The notes under the pieces: model-generated
Seen by the model: only the letters and a program-made list of their open reading frames with translations
Database searches by the model: none
What the model was told of the DNA's origin: nothing
NCBI GenBank assembly: GCA_903895055.1
Contig: CAITSL010000035.1
Span: 1 to 43,031 of the forward strand
Reading direction: 5' to 3'
DNA from: an uncultured bacterium
Lineage (GTDB): Bacteria > Patescibacteriota > Minisyncoccia > Phycocordibacterales > UBA9973
Length of the DNA: 43,031 bases
Program-made: the position numbers and the translations under genes
Part shown: in pieces, positions 1 through 8,163 of the stretch
Layout: each line of letters starts with the position of its first letter
Position numbering within the stretch: position 1 is the first letter of the stretch

Positions 1-1
1 A

Positions 2-61
2 GATTTTACTTTGGAGAACTATGATCCACATGGAGCTATTAAAGCTTCTATTGCAGTTTAA
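2..61 (+). CDS. thyA: thymidylate synthase, C-terminal end only (gene runs off the left edge)
   Basis: This frame reads DFTLENYDPHGAIKASIAV followed by TAA at 59-61. That resembles the conserved ThyA C-terminus (E. coli ...EGYDPHPGIKAPVAI). It lies directly upstream of folA, a common arrangement. Confidence 0.6.
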   Translation, partial: DFTLENYDPHGAIKASIAV

Positions 62-71
62 TTAAAAAATT

Positions 72-563
72 ATGATTCTCTCAATAATATCTGCTATCGG
101 TAAAAATAATGAATTAGGAAAAAAGAATACGCTTCTTTGGAATTTGCCAGTGGATATGAAGCATTTTCGTGATCTGACCAGAAGCCATACGGTAATAATG
201 GGACAAAAAACTTTTGCTTCCATTGGTCACCCGCTTCCAAATCGTAGAAATATCGTTCTTACTTTGGATGATTCTTTTAGGGCAGAAGGAGTAGAAATTG
301 TGCATTCAGTAGAAGAAGTTATGAAATTATTAGGAGATGAAGAAAATTTTGTAATTGGTGGAGGACAAATATATAAATTATTTATAGAAAAAGCAGACAA
401 GTTTTATATCACGCACGTGAATGCGGAATTCCCCGAGGCAGATACATTTTTCCCCGTAATTGACAAGGCGAAATGGCAAAAAACAAAAAGTGAAAAATAT
501 GGAAAAAATGAATTAAATAAATATGACCTAGAATTTGCGGAATATACTAAGAGAGCTTTTTAA
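72..563 (+). CDS. folA: dihydrofolate reductase
   Basis: 163 aa. The N-terminus ISAIGKNNELGKKNTLLWNLPVDMKHFRDLT, the segment TVIMGQKTFASIG and the motif VIGGGQIY are the classic DHFR signatures. Confidence 0.9.
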   Translation: MILSIISAIGKNNELGKKNTLLWNLPVDMKHFRDLTRSHTVIMGQKTFASIGHPLPNRRNIVLTLDDSFRAEGVEIVHSVEEVMKLLGDEENFVIGGGQIYKLFIEKADKFYITHVNAEFPEADTFFPVIDKAKWQKTKSEKYGKNELNKYDLEFAEYTKRAF

Positions 564-1116
564 TCACTTCGTCTATTTGTTTATATAAATTTTCAAAAGT
601 TCCATTATTTTCAAAAACATAATCTGCCATTCTAATACATTTAGATAAGTTCTGTTTATTAGGATCATCTGATTTCATTTCAGTTTCTTCCTGTTCAATA
701 AATTTTTCAAAACTCACGTTATCGCTTTGCACATTTCCTCTTTTTTGAACTCGACTATATCTTGTTTTTCGTTCGGCATTTATAGCGAATAGATAGAATT
801 TTCCTTTGTTTCTAAGAGATTCGATTTCGCCAACAGTTCTCAAGCTTTCTAAGACACAATCTTTGTCAGAATTTTGAGCCATTTTAAAAAGCTCTTCGGC
901 AACATAACTCGGTCCATAATTTTTTCTAAGATCATTAGCCACTAAGACCATATTATCTCTTGTTATTGGAAGTCCTCTTTTTTCTATTTCTTTGTTTATG
1001 ACATCTTCGCGTGCAGAAAAATGAATAAACCCCTTGTTTTTTACAAGATAATCAACAATAGTTCCTTTCCCGGCCCCAAGTGTTCCAGTTACTCCAATAA
1101 TTATTTTTTTATCCAT
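547..1116 (-). CDS. P-loop nucleoside/nucleotide kinase-like protein (dNMP kinase / CoaE-like)
   Basis: 189 aa with a Walker A motif (GVTGTLGAGKGT) at the N-terminus and a small-kinase size. It is last in the operon after dCMP deaminase. Its 3' end overlaps the folA 3' end by 17 nt (convergent). Confidence 0.5.
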   Translation of the reverse strand: MDKKIIIGVTGTLGAGKGTIVDYLVKNKGFIHFSAREDVINKEIEKRGLPITRDNMVLVANDLRKNYGPSYVAEELFKMAQNSDKDCVLESLRTVGEIESLRNKGKFYLFAINAERKTRYSRVQKRGNVQSDNVSFEKFIEQEETEMKSDDPNKQNLSKCIRMADYVFENNGTFENLYKQIDEVIKKLS

Positions 1117-1117
1117 T

Positions 1118-1621
1118 TTATTGATCCTTGTAAGCTTGAATTTCTTTATTTAAAATCACCAATTTTATCCCCGCTTGCTTAAAAATTCTTTTTGTTTCCA
1201 CCCCAGCATGATAGTCTCGCATAGCTACTACTCGCTTGATCCCGGCATTGATAATCGTTTTCGCGCAAGTGTAACAAGGTAAAAATTTGCAATAGAGAGT
1301 TGCTCCATCTACTGAAACACCGGCTCGAGCAGCATTGGCGATAGCATTTAGTTCCGCATGAGCAGTGCGAATGCAGTGCCGGGATTGTGTTCCATCCTCA
1401 TGGATAACCGTATGCATTTCATGTCCGGCTTCACTACAATGAGGTAATCCGATGGGCGAACCGACGTATCCGGTAGTGAGAATTCTTTTATCTTTGACTA
1501 AAATTGCTCCGGCATAACCGCGGTCGCAAGTGCCCCGCAAGCCAACCATGTCAGCCATTTCAATAAAGTACTCGTCCCAAGAAGGTCTTTTGTGTTTTGT
1601 TGTTTTTGTTTCTTTTTTCAT
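1118..1621 (-). CDS. comEB: deoxycytidylate (dCMP) deaminase
   Basis: Carries the zinc-deaminase motifs HAELNAI and PCYTCAKTII. Size is 167 aa. Confidence 0.85.
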   Translation of the reverse strand: MKKETKTTKHKRPSWDEYFIEMADMVGLRGTCDRGYAGAILVKDKRILTTGYVGSPIGLPHCSEAGHEMHTVIHEDGTQSRHCIRTAHAELNAIANAARAGVSVDGATLYCKFLPCYTCAKTIINAGIKRVVAMRDYHAGVETKRIFKQAGIKLVILNKEIQAYKDQ

Positions 1622-2322
1622 TCCTTAATAATACCCTGAAATAATGGTAAATACAAATCATCTTTTGGGTTGATTAGGAGTTCTTTTTTATTTATTTTTT
1701 TGGTAAATTCTACCGGGGCATCGGTGATCAGAGCCAGCGGTTGTTGCTCTTTCCCCTCTCCCATACACAACACTGCGGAAGTCGCCAAGCTATCGGCCAC
1801 GTCGGTTTGGGACATTTTTAAAATTCGGCCAAAAATATCTTTCTTCCCGATATAATTTCTAACTCCTTTGAATCCGGCATAACCGAGCGCAACTCCGACA
1901 ATTCCAGCTCGCAGTGGAAAAACTCGACTGTCGGTTATCAAAACACCAAAATTCTTTAATTTAAATTTCTGCCTTATTTTTTTTCTCAAAAACTCAGCGC
2001 TCTTAAAACTATCTTTCGGTAAGAGAATAATCTTGCCTCTGGCATTTGATTCATCAACTCCGGCATTAGCCATCACCATGCCATCTTTGATAGTAAGCCA
2101 AACCAACTTGGTTTTAAGTGCAAAATCACTTTCTTGTTTTATCAGAGCGATTTTTTCTTTTTCGTTTTTAAATAAAACTGTTCGCTCTTCGGAAAGAGAA
2201 ACTATTTTTGAAGTGATGACCAAAACAGATTTTTCCGGAATTTTTTTTAGATACTTTAAAATAAACGGAAGTAAGGCTTCCGTTTCCTCGAAAATTCTAG
2301 TTTTAAACGGCTTGATTTGCAT
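1618..2322 (-). CDS. CofE-like (F420-0:gamma-glutamyl ligase family) protein
   Basis: 234 aa. The segments VITSKIVSLSEERT and ANAGVDESNA, plus the C-terminal LATSAVLCMGEGKEQQP, are typical of the CofE/FbiB N-terminal family. It overlaps comEB by 4 bp. Confidence 0.65.
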   Translation of the reverse strand: MQIKPFKTRIFEETEALLPFILKYLKKIPEKSVLVITSKIVSLSEERTVLFKNEKEKIALIKQESDFALKTKLVWLTIKDGMVMANAGVDESNARGKIILLPKDSFKSAEFLRKKIRQKFKLKNFGVLITDSRVFPLRAGIVGVALGYAGFKGVRNYIGKKDIFGRILKMSQTDVADSLATSAVLCMGEGKEQQPLALITDAPVEFTKKINKKELLINPKDDLYLPLFQGIIKE

Positions 2323-2956
2323 TTTTCCCCCTTAATAAGCGAATTCCTAAATATGAAAGTGGGGTGTACAAAAATCCCATGACTACTTTATAAATCCACC
2401 ATGGAATGATGATCAACAAAATTGTTTTTACCGGAAGTACTCCGAGATAAGCGATAAACATAAAAATAGCGGAATCAAGCAATTGAGACCAGACGTTGGA
2501 GAGATTCGAACGTAACCAAAAATATTTACTGCCGATATTTTTCTTGAAAAAGAAGAATGACAGGACGTCTTGATACTCTCCGATCGCATAAGCCACCAGT
2601 GATGCAATAGAAAAACGAACCGAAATTCCAAAAATCAAATTGTAGCCATCATGCGCCCACATTCCCGCCCCCGCCCAAGGCACAACGATAGAAATAGCTG
2701 AGTACAGTAGAAATATCAAAATAGAGAAAATACCGGCATAAACAAAATTCTTGGCCATTTTTTTCCCATAAACTTCACCGATCACATCGGTCATGATAAA
2801 GACGATCGGAAAACAAAAAACCGCCACCGAAAGGTGAGTACCAAAAAGAAAAGGCATCAATTTTATCCCCAAAGTATTGGCCGCAAAAAGTGAGCTCAGG
2901 TAAAGTGTTAAACAGATAAGAATTTTTCTATAATCTTTTTCTGTTAGAGTTTGCAT
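2303..2956 (-). CDS. yhhQ: queuosine-precursor transporter family (YhhQ / VUT, DUF165) membrane protein
   Basis: 217 aa and polytopic. The segments FPIVFIMTDVIGEVYGKKMAKNFVYAG and WLRSNLSNVWSQLLDSAIF match the YhhQ family pattern. Confidence 0.7.
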   Translation of the reverse strand: MQTLTEKDYRKILICLTLYLSSLFAANTLGIKLMPFLFGTHLSVAVFCFPIVFIMTDVIGEVYGKKMAKNFVYAGIFSILIFLLYSAISIVVPWAGAGMWAHDGYNLIFGISVRFSIASLVAYAIGEYQDVLSFFFFKKNIGSKYFWLRSNLSNVWSQLLDSAIFMFIAYLGVLPVKTILLIIIPWWIYKVVMGFLYTPLSYLGIRLLRGKNANQAV

Positions 2957-2971
2957 TGTTTATTTGCTCAT

Positions 2972-3397
2972 TTAATCTTTAACTTCTATCCCCATACTTC
3001 GAGCAGAGCCGGCTACGATATTGATCGCACCTTCTTTGTCTTTTGAATTCAAATCTTTCATTTTCTTTTCGGCAATCTCCCAAGCCTGTGCTTTAGTGAT
3101 TTTTCCGACTTTGGTAACTGTATTTTTGCCCGATCCTTTTTCGACTCCGGCTGCTTTCAGAATAAGTCCGGTGACAGGAGGCGTTTTTATAATAAAGTCA
3201 TAACTTCGATCTTCATACACAGTCACTACTACAGAAACTTTATCCCCAGCCATTTTTTGGGTCGCCGCATTAAATTTAGTGACAAAGTCGCCAATGTTAA
3301 TCCCCGCTTGTCCGAGAGCAGGCCCGAGTGGGGGTGCAGGAGTTGCCTTGGCAGCTTGGATTTGTAATTTTATTTTTTTGGTTATTTTTTTTGCCAT
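2972..3397 (-). CDS. rplK: 50S ribosomal protein L11
   Basis: [35 protein letters not shown] is the canonical L11 N-terminus. I moved the start to the ATG at 3397. The tracked 173-aa ORF begins inside the nusG 3' end and reads through a simple repeat. Confidence 0.9.
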   Translation of the reverse strand: MAKKITKKIKLQIQAAKATPAPPLGPALGQAGINIGDFVTKFNAATQKMAGDKVSVVVTVYEDRSYDFIIKTPPVTGLILKAAGVEKGSGKNTVTKVGKITKAQAWEIAEKKMKDLNSKDKEGAINIVAGSARSMGIEVKD

Positions 3398-3403
3398 TTT
3401 TTT

Positions 3404-3438
3404 AATTCGTAATTCGTAATTTATAATTCGTAATTCTA
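3404..3438. repeat. five tandem 7-bp units (aattcgt, aattcgt, aatttat, aattcgt, aattcta) in the nusG-rplK spacer
   Basis: Read directly from the sequence. The repeat fills most of the 43-nt spacer. Confidence 0.6.
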
Positions 3439-3440
3439 AT

Positions 3441-3986
3441 CTATATCTTCTTAACTTGCAAGAAGTCAAGTTCGACTGGTGTTTCGCGACCAAACATAGA
3501 AACCAGCACTTTTATTTTCCCGCGTTCTTGGTCCACAGAATTTACTTTCCCTTCAAGCTCTTTAAAAGGACCATCTACAATTCTGACTGTTTCACCGATG
3601 GCAATATCAATCTTGTGTTTAATGGTGCTAGCATCCATTTTCTTAAATAAATATTCAACTTCCTCTTTTTTCAAAGGCACTGGATTGACTCCCGCTCCCA
3701 CGAAACCAGTCACGCGAGGTGTATTGCGAACCACATACCAAGAATCATCGGTCACAATCATGTCTACGAGCACATAGCCGGGATAAATTTTTTCTTCCAC
3801 CTCCACGCGCTTACCCGCTTTTATTTTTATCTTTTTTTCGATTGGTACAATTACATTGAATATTTTGTCGTGCATGCCAAGTGAATCGATACGCTGACGC
3901 AAATTGCGCAGAACCGCATTTTCATATCCGGCGTAAGTGTGAATCGCATACCAATTTCTGATTCCTTGTACTTCTTGTTTTGACAT
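3441..3986 (-). CDS. nusG: transcription termination/antitermination factor NusG
   Basis: [15 protein letters not shown] forms the NGN domain start, and a KOW motif ([18 protein letters not shown]) lies near the C-terminus. The start was moved to the ATG at 3986 (MSKQEV...) because the longer ORF overlaps secE. Confidence 0.9.
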   Translation of the reverse strand: MSKQEVQGIRNWYAIHTYAGYENAVLRNLRQRIDSLGMHDKIFNVIVPIEKKIKIKAGKRVEVEEKIYPGYVLVDMIVTDDSWYVVRNTPRVTGFVGAGVNPVPLKKEEVEYLFKKMDASTIKHKIDIAIGETVRIVDGPFKELEGKVNSVDQERGKIKVLVSMFGRETPVELDFLQVKKI

Positions 3987-3991
3987 ATTTT

Positions 3992-4177
3992 TTAAAATGA
4001 AATTAACTTTTCCAAACCTTTTGAAAATATAAAATCGAAAATACCCAAAAAGTAAGCAACCAAAACAGAAAGCGCAATCACAATGATGGTATAAAAAATG
4101 GTTTGGTTTCTGGTAGGCCAAACTACGTGTTTTAATTCTGCTTTTATCTCTTTAAAATACTCGGTGATTTTTGACAT
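3992..4177 (-). CDS. secE: preprotein translocase subunit SecE
   Basis: 61 aa. The segment EIKAELKHVVWPTRNQT is followed by a single TM helix. It occupies the canonical position upstream of nusG. Confidence 0.8.
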   Translation of the reverse strand: MSKITEYFKEIKAELKHVVWPTRNQTIFYTIIVIALSVLVAYFLGIFDFIFSKGLEKLISF

Positions 4178-4200
4178 TGTTTTATTTTTACTACTCTTAA

Positions 4201-4222
4201 AAAAGCCCCTTCAAGGGCTTTT
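4201..4222 (-). terminator. intrinsic terminator hairpin with A/T tracts on both sides
   Basis: The sequence aaaaGCCCcttcaaGGGCtttt lies between the SIMPL gene stop and the secE start. Confidence 0.55.
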
Positions 4223-4258
4223 TTAATACTACTCTTTTTATCTAAAATAGTCAATTAT

Positions 4259-5059
4259 TTATTTTATTTCATAAGTAATCGTCACATCTGAAGTAATTAG
4301 ATTTTCTCCAGTTGGAACCACCGCAGGAGCGGAAACAGAAACTCCAGAAGCGCTGTCCATTTTGGCAGTTGCATACATTGGCATCGGATAATTGCCATTA
4401 TCACTAAAAGAAGTGATTTTACCCAAACGCACCCCTAAATTTTTTGCCAAAACTTGTGCTTTTGCTTTGGCATCATCAATCGCTAATTTTTGAGCTTGAG
4501 CTTTTAATAAATCGGGATTATCAATAGTAAAATTCGGACCATTCAAATCAGTGACACCCAAAGTTCCAAGACCTTGCACAATTTTCCCAACGTCATCAAC
4601 CTTTCTGATTTTCACTGTAATATTTTCAGATGCTTCATAGCCGATAATCACGCTTTTGCCGGGCTGAGGTCGACAATTGAGCGCTCCGCAGGTCACATCA
4701 GTATTGTATTGATAACTGTATTTTGGATTAAAAGAAACACTTTCTGTTTTAATATCTTTAATAGCTACATTATCGCCTTTTAGTAAAGCTAGGGTTTTTG
4801 CCTCAATTTGAGACACGCTGTCTTCCGCCTCTTTTACCGTGCTGGCATCTTTCATAATGGTGAAATTAATATTGGCAATATCCGGCGAGGCCGTTACTTC
4901 TCCATGGCCGGATAAAGAAATGACATTTTCTGGTTTATTTTCTTTATTGTATCCGTTAAAGTTGAAAAAACAGTTGGCAACAATGACAGCCAGGAAAACA
5001 ATCAGGGCAATTCTTAGGCCTTTATTAATTTTTTCTTTACGCTCTGGTGATATTTCCAT
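4259..5059 (-). CDS. SIMPL-domain (DUF541 / BP26-like) secreted protein
   Basis: 266 aa with an N-terminal TM/signal anchor. The GHGEVTASPDIANINFTI start and the C-terminal Ala/Lys-rich helix (AKAKAQVLAKNLG) are typical of SIMPL proteins. Confidence 0.7.
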   Translation of the reverse strand: MEISPERKEKINKGLRIALIVFLAVIVANCFFNFNGYNKENKPENVISLSGHGEVTASPDIANINFTIMKDASTVKEAEDSVSQIEAKTLALLKGDNVAIKDIKTESVSFNPKYSYQYNTDVTCGALNCRPQPGKSVIIGYEASENITVKIRKVDDVGKIVQGLGTLGVTDLNGPNFTIDNPDLLKAQAQKLAIDDAKAKAQVLAKNLGVRLGKITSFSDNGNYPMPMYATAKMDSASGVSVSAPAVVPTGENLITSDVTITYEIK

Positions 5060-5068
5060 AAAAATTTT

Positions 5069-5581
5069 TTATTTTATCCCTAATAATTCGACGGTAAAAG
5101 TGAGTGTAGCGTTCGGAGGAATGATGACTGCCTTAGTACTTGGATCAGTAATCCCGTTTGCTCCATAGGCAAGCTCCGGAAGAATTTCCAGTTTTCTTTG
5201 TTCCCCGACTTTCATACCGGCAATTCCTTGATCCCAACCGGGAATAACTTGACCGGCTCCCAGGGTAAAAATGAATGGTTGCACATGGTTGAATTTCGGA
5301 TCAATGTTTGAATCAAAAACTGTGCCGTCAGTGAGCATCCCGGTATAATTCATAGCCACCGTATCTCCAGATTTGGCGACTGCACCTGTCCCCTCTTTTA
5401 AAACTGTGATTTTTACTCCCTCTTGTGTTTGTGTTGGCATATTTGTATTTTGGTCCTGAACAGCTTGCGTGTTTTCGCTGACAGGAGGATTATTCTTATA
5501 TTTAATAGTAATAAAAACGAGAGCCGCGATAACTACGACAACTATCAAAATCCAAACCCACATCATTTTTTTATTTTGCAT
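5069..5581 (-). CDS. FKBP-type peptidyl-prolyl cis-trans isomerase, membrane anchored
   Basis: Shows the FKBP core motifs GDTVAMNYTGMLTDGTVFDSN, FIFTLGAGQVIPGWDQGIAGMKVGEQRKL and PNATLTFTVELL. Confidence 0.9.
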   Translation of the reverse strand: MQNKKMMWVWILIVVVVIAALVFITIKYKNNPPVSENTQAVQDQNTNMPTQTQEGVKITVLKEGTGAVAKSGDTVAMNYTGMLTDGTVFDSNIDPKFNHVQPFIFTLGAGQVIPGWDQGIAGMKVGEQRKLEILPELAYGANGITDPSTKAVIIPPNATLTFTVELLGIK

Positions 5582-5716
5582 CCCATTAGAAATTGACTCA
5601 TTCGTACATATAATTTATCTATATATAAAAACAGACAATTTATTATTTTTATAATTTATACCCGTTTAGTAAATTTCTAACGGGACAAGTATAGAGAATT
5701 ATACTCTTTGTTGTAA

Positions 5717-6751
5717 CTAAATCAAATTAATTTCCGGAGTGAGTTTTAGACCAAATTTTTGATAGACGGAATCGATTATTCGCTCGGATAGATTTTTGAT
5801 CTCTTCCCCCGTCGCTCTACCGTAATTCACTAAAACAAGGGCTTGTTTTTCATGAACGCCGACATTGCCGACTCTTTTTCCTTTCCAGTCGCACTTTTCA
5901 ATCAACCAGCCGGCGGGAATTTTTACTTCGCCCGCCATAGCTTTAGCGTCGGCAGGTTCTTCGAAATATGGCATGTCTGGAAATTTTTTCTTTAACTCCT
6001 CAAGTTTTTTGAAATCCACAAAAACATTCTTGAAAAAACTTCCAGCGTTGCCTAAGACTTTTGGGTCTGGCAATTTACTCCGACGAATCTCCGCAACGGC
6101 ATTACTGATATCTTTAACATTTTTTATTTCTATTTTATTTTTATCTAAATATTCTTGCAGAGCTTTATATCTTATATTCTTACTCTCCTTTTTACTTAAT
6201 CTTAAAACTACCGCCGAAATAAAATATTGCCCTTTTAGTTTGTTTTTAAAAACACTGTCGCGATAACCAAATTCACATTCTTTATTTGTAAAAATTTTTT
6301 TACTTACAGTTTTTATTTCATATGCCTCGACTTGTTCTAATGTATCTTTTAATTCCACGCCATAAGCGCCAATATTTTGAACTGGTGTTGCCCCGACAGT
6401 GCCTGGCACGAGTGACAAATTCTCAATCCCCCAGTATCCCCGTTCTACCGCAAAATTCACCAAATCTTTCCACCATTCTCCGCCCATAGATTTTACTAAA
6501 ACAAAATCTTCTGATTCTTTTATTATTTCAATTCCTTTTAATTTGTTTAAAATAACTATCCCATCGAAATCTTTTGTAAAAAGAACATTACTTCCTCCTC
6601 CCAAAAATAGTTTTTCATTTTCTTTGAATTCGGGTAAATTTAATAATTCTATTAAGTCTTGCTCAGAATTAATTTCAGCAAAAAAACCTGCTTTTGCTTC
6701 TACTCCAAAGGTGTTGTATTTTTTTAAATCAAAATTTTTTTTAATTTCCAT
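5717..6751 (-). CDS. murB: UDP-N-acetylenolpyruvoylglucosamine reductase
   Basis: 344 aa. An FAD-binding N-terminus (LFLGGGSNVLF), NIGAYGVE, and C-terminal AGWLIEKCDWKG and ALVLVNYG point to a MurB type I pattern. Confidence 0.9.
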   Translation of the reverse strand: MEIKKNFDLKKYNTFGVEAKAGFFAEINSEQDLIELLNLPEFKENEKLFLGGGSNVLFTKDFDGIVILNKLKGIEIIKESEDFVLVKSMGGEWWKDLVNFAVERGYWGIENLSLVPGTVGATPVQNIGAYGVELKDTLEQVEAYEIKTVSKKIFTNKECEFGYRDSVFKNKLKGQYFISAVVLRLSKKESKNIRYKALQEYLDKNKIEIKNVKDISNAVAEIRRSKLPDPKVLGNAGSFFKNVFVDFKKLEELKKKFPDMPYFEEPADAKAMAGEVKIPAGWLIEKCDWKGKRVGNVGVHEKQALVLVNYGRATGEEIKNLSERIIDSVYQKFGLKLTPEINLI

Positions 6752-6754
6752 AAA

Positions 6755-8125
6755 TTATAAAAAGAGAAAAATTATTGTACCAATACTCACCACCGTCAAA
6801 AGAGCTACTGAAAACCATCCGACGATGTTGCCAATCTTTTTATTTTTAAATTGCCCCATAACATCTTCCCTGCTTGAAAGTTTCACGATAAAATAAATCA
6901 TGACCGGAGAGGTAATCCCATTTAAAACAGCCGCATAGATCAGGGCTTTAATCGGATTAAGACCAATAAAATTCAAAGCTATCCCAAGCAGCATAGCAAT
7001 AATGATGATTCCGTAAAAAGAAGTCGCTTGTTTTAGTTTTCGATAAAGTCCTGTCTTCCAACCGAAAGATTCCGATAAGGCATAAGAAGCTGAACCCGCG
7101 AGTACCGGAATCGCCATCAGGCCAATGCCGATAACTCCAACCGCAAATAAAATAAAAGCAAAATTACCGGCAAATGGACGAAGCGCCAAGGCGGCATCAG
7201 CGGCAGTGCCGATATTGGTAATGCCATTAGAAAAAAGCGCGGCGGCACAAGTGGCAATAATGAAAAACATGATCAAATTTGAAAAAAGCATTCCAGACCA
7301 ATTGTCGATTCTCATTTTTTTAATATCTTCTTTGGTAGTTAAATTTTTACGAGCTTCTTCGGTCTTTTCTCCTTTCAAAATTTGTTCTTCTACCTCTTGG
7401 GAAGATTGCCAAAAAAACAAATATGGGGAAATCGTCGTACCAAAAGCGGCACAAATCAAAATAATTTCATCTTTATTAAAAGACATAGTTGGAATAAATA
7501 AATGGCCGAATAGATCGGGCCAATTTATATGAACCGCAAAAGCAGAAAAAACATAAGCCAGTAATACCAAAGATAAATATTTTAAATACTTCGAATACTT
7601 TTTATAAGGAATAAAAATCTGAAGTCCCAAAGAAAGCAATGCAAAACCTATTACTAAAAAAGAAAAGCCAATCTGAGGATAAATAAGTTGCATGGATTTG
7701 GCCATGGCCCCTAAGTCCGCCCCGATATTAAATATGTTCGCAAACAAAAGAAGCACTACACAAAAATACAGCGCCTTTTTTGAAAAATGTCTTTTGATAT
7801 TTGTCGCGAGCCCCACCCCAGTCGCCAAGCCAATCCGAGCGCACATTTCTTGAATCGCTCCCATCAGTGGAAAGGTAAGGGGTGAAAGCCAAATTAAATT
7901 AAAACCGCGAGAGGCTCCCATTTGCGAATAAGTGGCAATCCCGGACGGATCATCGTCGGCCGCGCCAGTAACAAGCCCAGGACCCAATATTTTCCAGTAC
8001 TCCTTTGCTTCTTGAACCGGTTTTTGCCTAGCAACATCGCCGGATATCTCATGCTCCAATTCCACGCTCTTTTCAAGCACTTCCGCCGGCAAACTAAAAA
8101 TTTTCTCTAAAATACTTTTCCGCAT
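6755..8125 (-). CDS. Nramp-family divalent metal transporter
   Basis: GPGLVTGAADDDPSGIATYSQMGA is the Nramp signature. The protein has about 11 TM segments and is 456 aa. Confidence 0.85.
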   Translation of the reverse strand: MRKSILEKIFSLPAEVLEKSVELEHEISGDVARQKPVQEAKEYWKILGPGLVTGAADDDPSGIATYSQMGASRGFNLIWLSPLTFPLMGAIQEMCARIGLATGVGLATNIKRHFSKKALYFCVVLLLFANIFNIGADLGAMAKSMQLIYPQIGFSFLVIGFALLSLGLQIFIPYKKYSKYLKYLSLVLLAYVFSAFAVHINWPDLFGHLFIPTMSFNKDEIILICAAFGTTISPYLFFWQSSQEVEEQILKGEKTEEARKNLTTKEDIKKMRIDNWSGMLFSNLIMFFIIATCAAALFSNGITNIGTAADAALALRPFAGNFAFILFAVGVIGIGLMAIPVLAGSASYALSESFGWKTGLYRKLKQATSFYGIIIIAMLLGIALNFIGLNPIKALIYAAVLNGITSPVMIYFIVKLSSREDVMGQFKNKKIGNIVGWFSVALLTVVSIGTIIFLFL

Positions 8126-8134
8126 TCTCCAATT

Positions 8135-8163
8135 ATGACATAATTTTTCAAAAATAGTATAAT
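8135..8163 (+). promoter_or_regulatory. sigma70-like promoter (ATGACA, 17 nt spacer, TATAAT)
   Basis: The -35-like hexamer is at 8135-8140 and TATAAT is at 8158-8163. The -10 overlaps the first ATG (8162) and lies 7 nt upstream of the second ATG (8171). Confidence 0.35.

Noticed and set aside
2957-2971. A preQ1 riboswitch upstream of the YhhQ-type queuosine-precursor transporter.
   Set aside because: Only 15 nt separate yhhQ from the rplK stop, which is too short for even the smallest preQ1-I aptamer. No matching stem-loop is present.
2972-4121. The long N-terminal extensions of the tracked ORFs for L11 (to 3493), NusG (to 4121), L19 (to 20683) and Fic (to 14276).
   Set aside because: The extensions overlap the upstream gene or tRNA-His, or read through a simple repeat. 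The canonical family N-termini begin at internal ATGs (3397, 3986, 20647 and 14228).
5661-5684. A hairpin (cccgtttag-taaattt-ctaacggg) downstream of murB, considered as an intrinsic terminator.
   Set aside because: The stem is only 8 bp with a bulge, and no T-run follows it on the transcribed strand. It may still pause transcription, but I do not list it as a feature.
5926-5936. The 11-mer cttcgcccgcc is shared between murB (5926-5936) and the GC-rich insert in the CsaA-like gene (30066-30076). The murB region has a slightly longer loop (..EEPADAKAMAGE..) than E. coli MurB, which suggested a third in-frame element.
   Set aside because: Chance 11-mer matches are expected many times over in 43 kb. 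The adjacent murB sequence encodes the conserved AGW motif. The extra length is only about 7 aa and has no convincing palindrome. The evidence is not strong enough.
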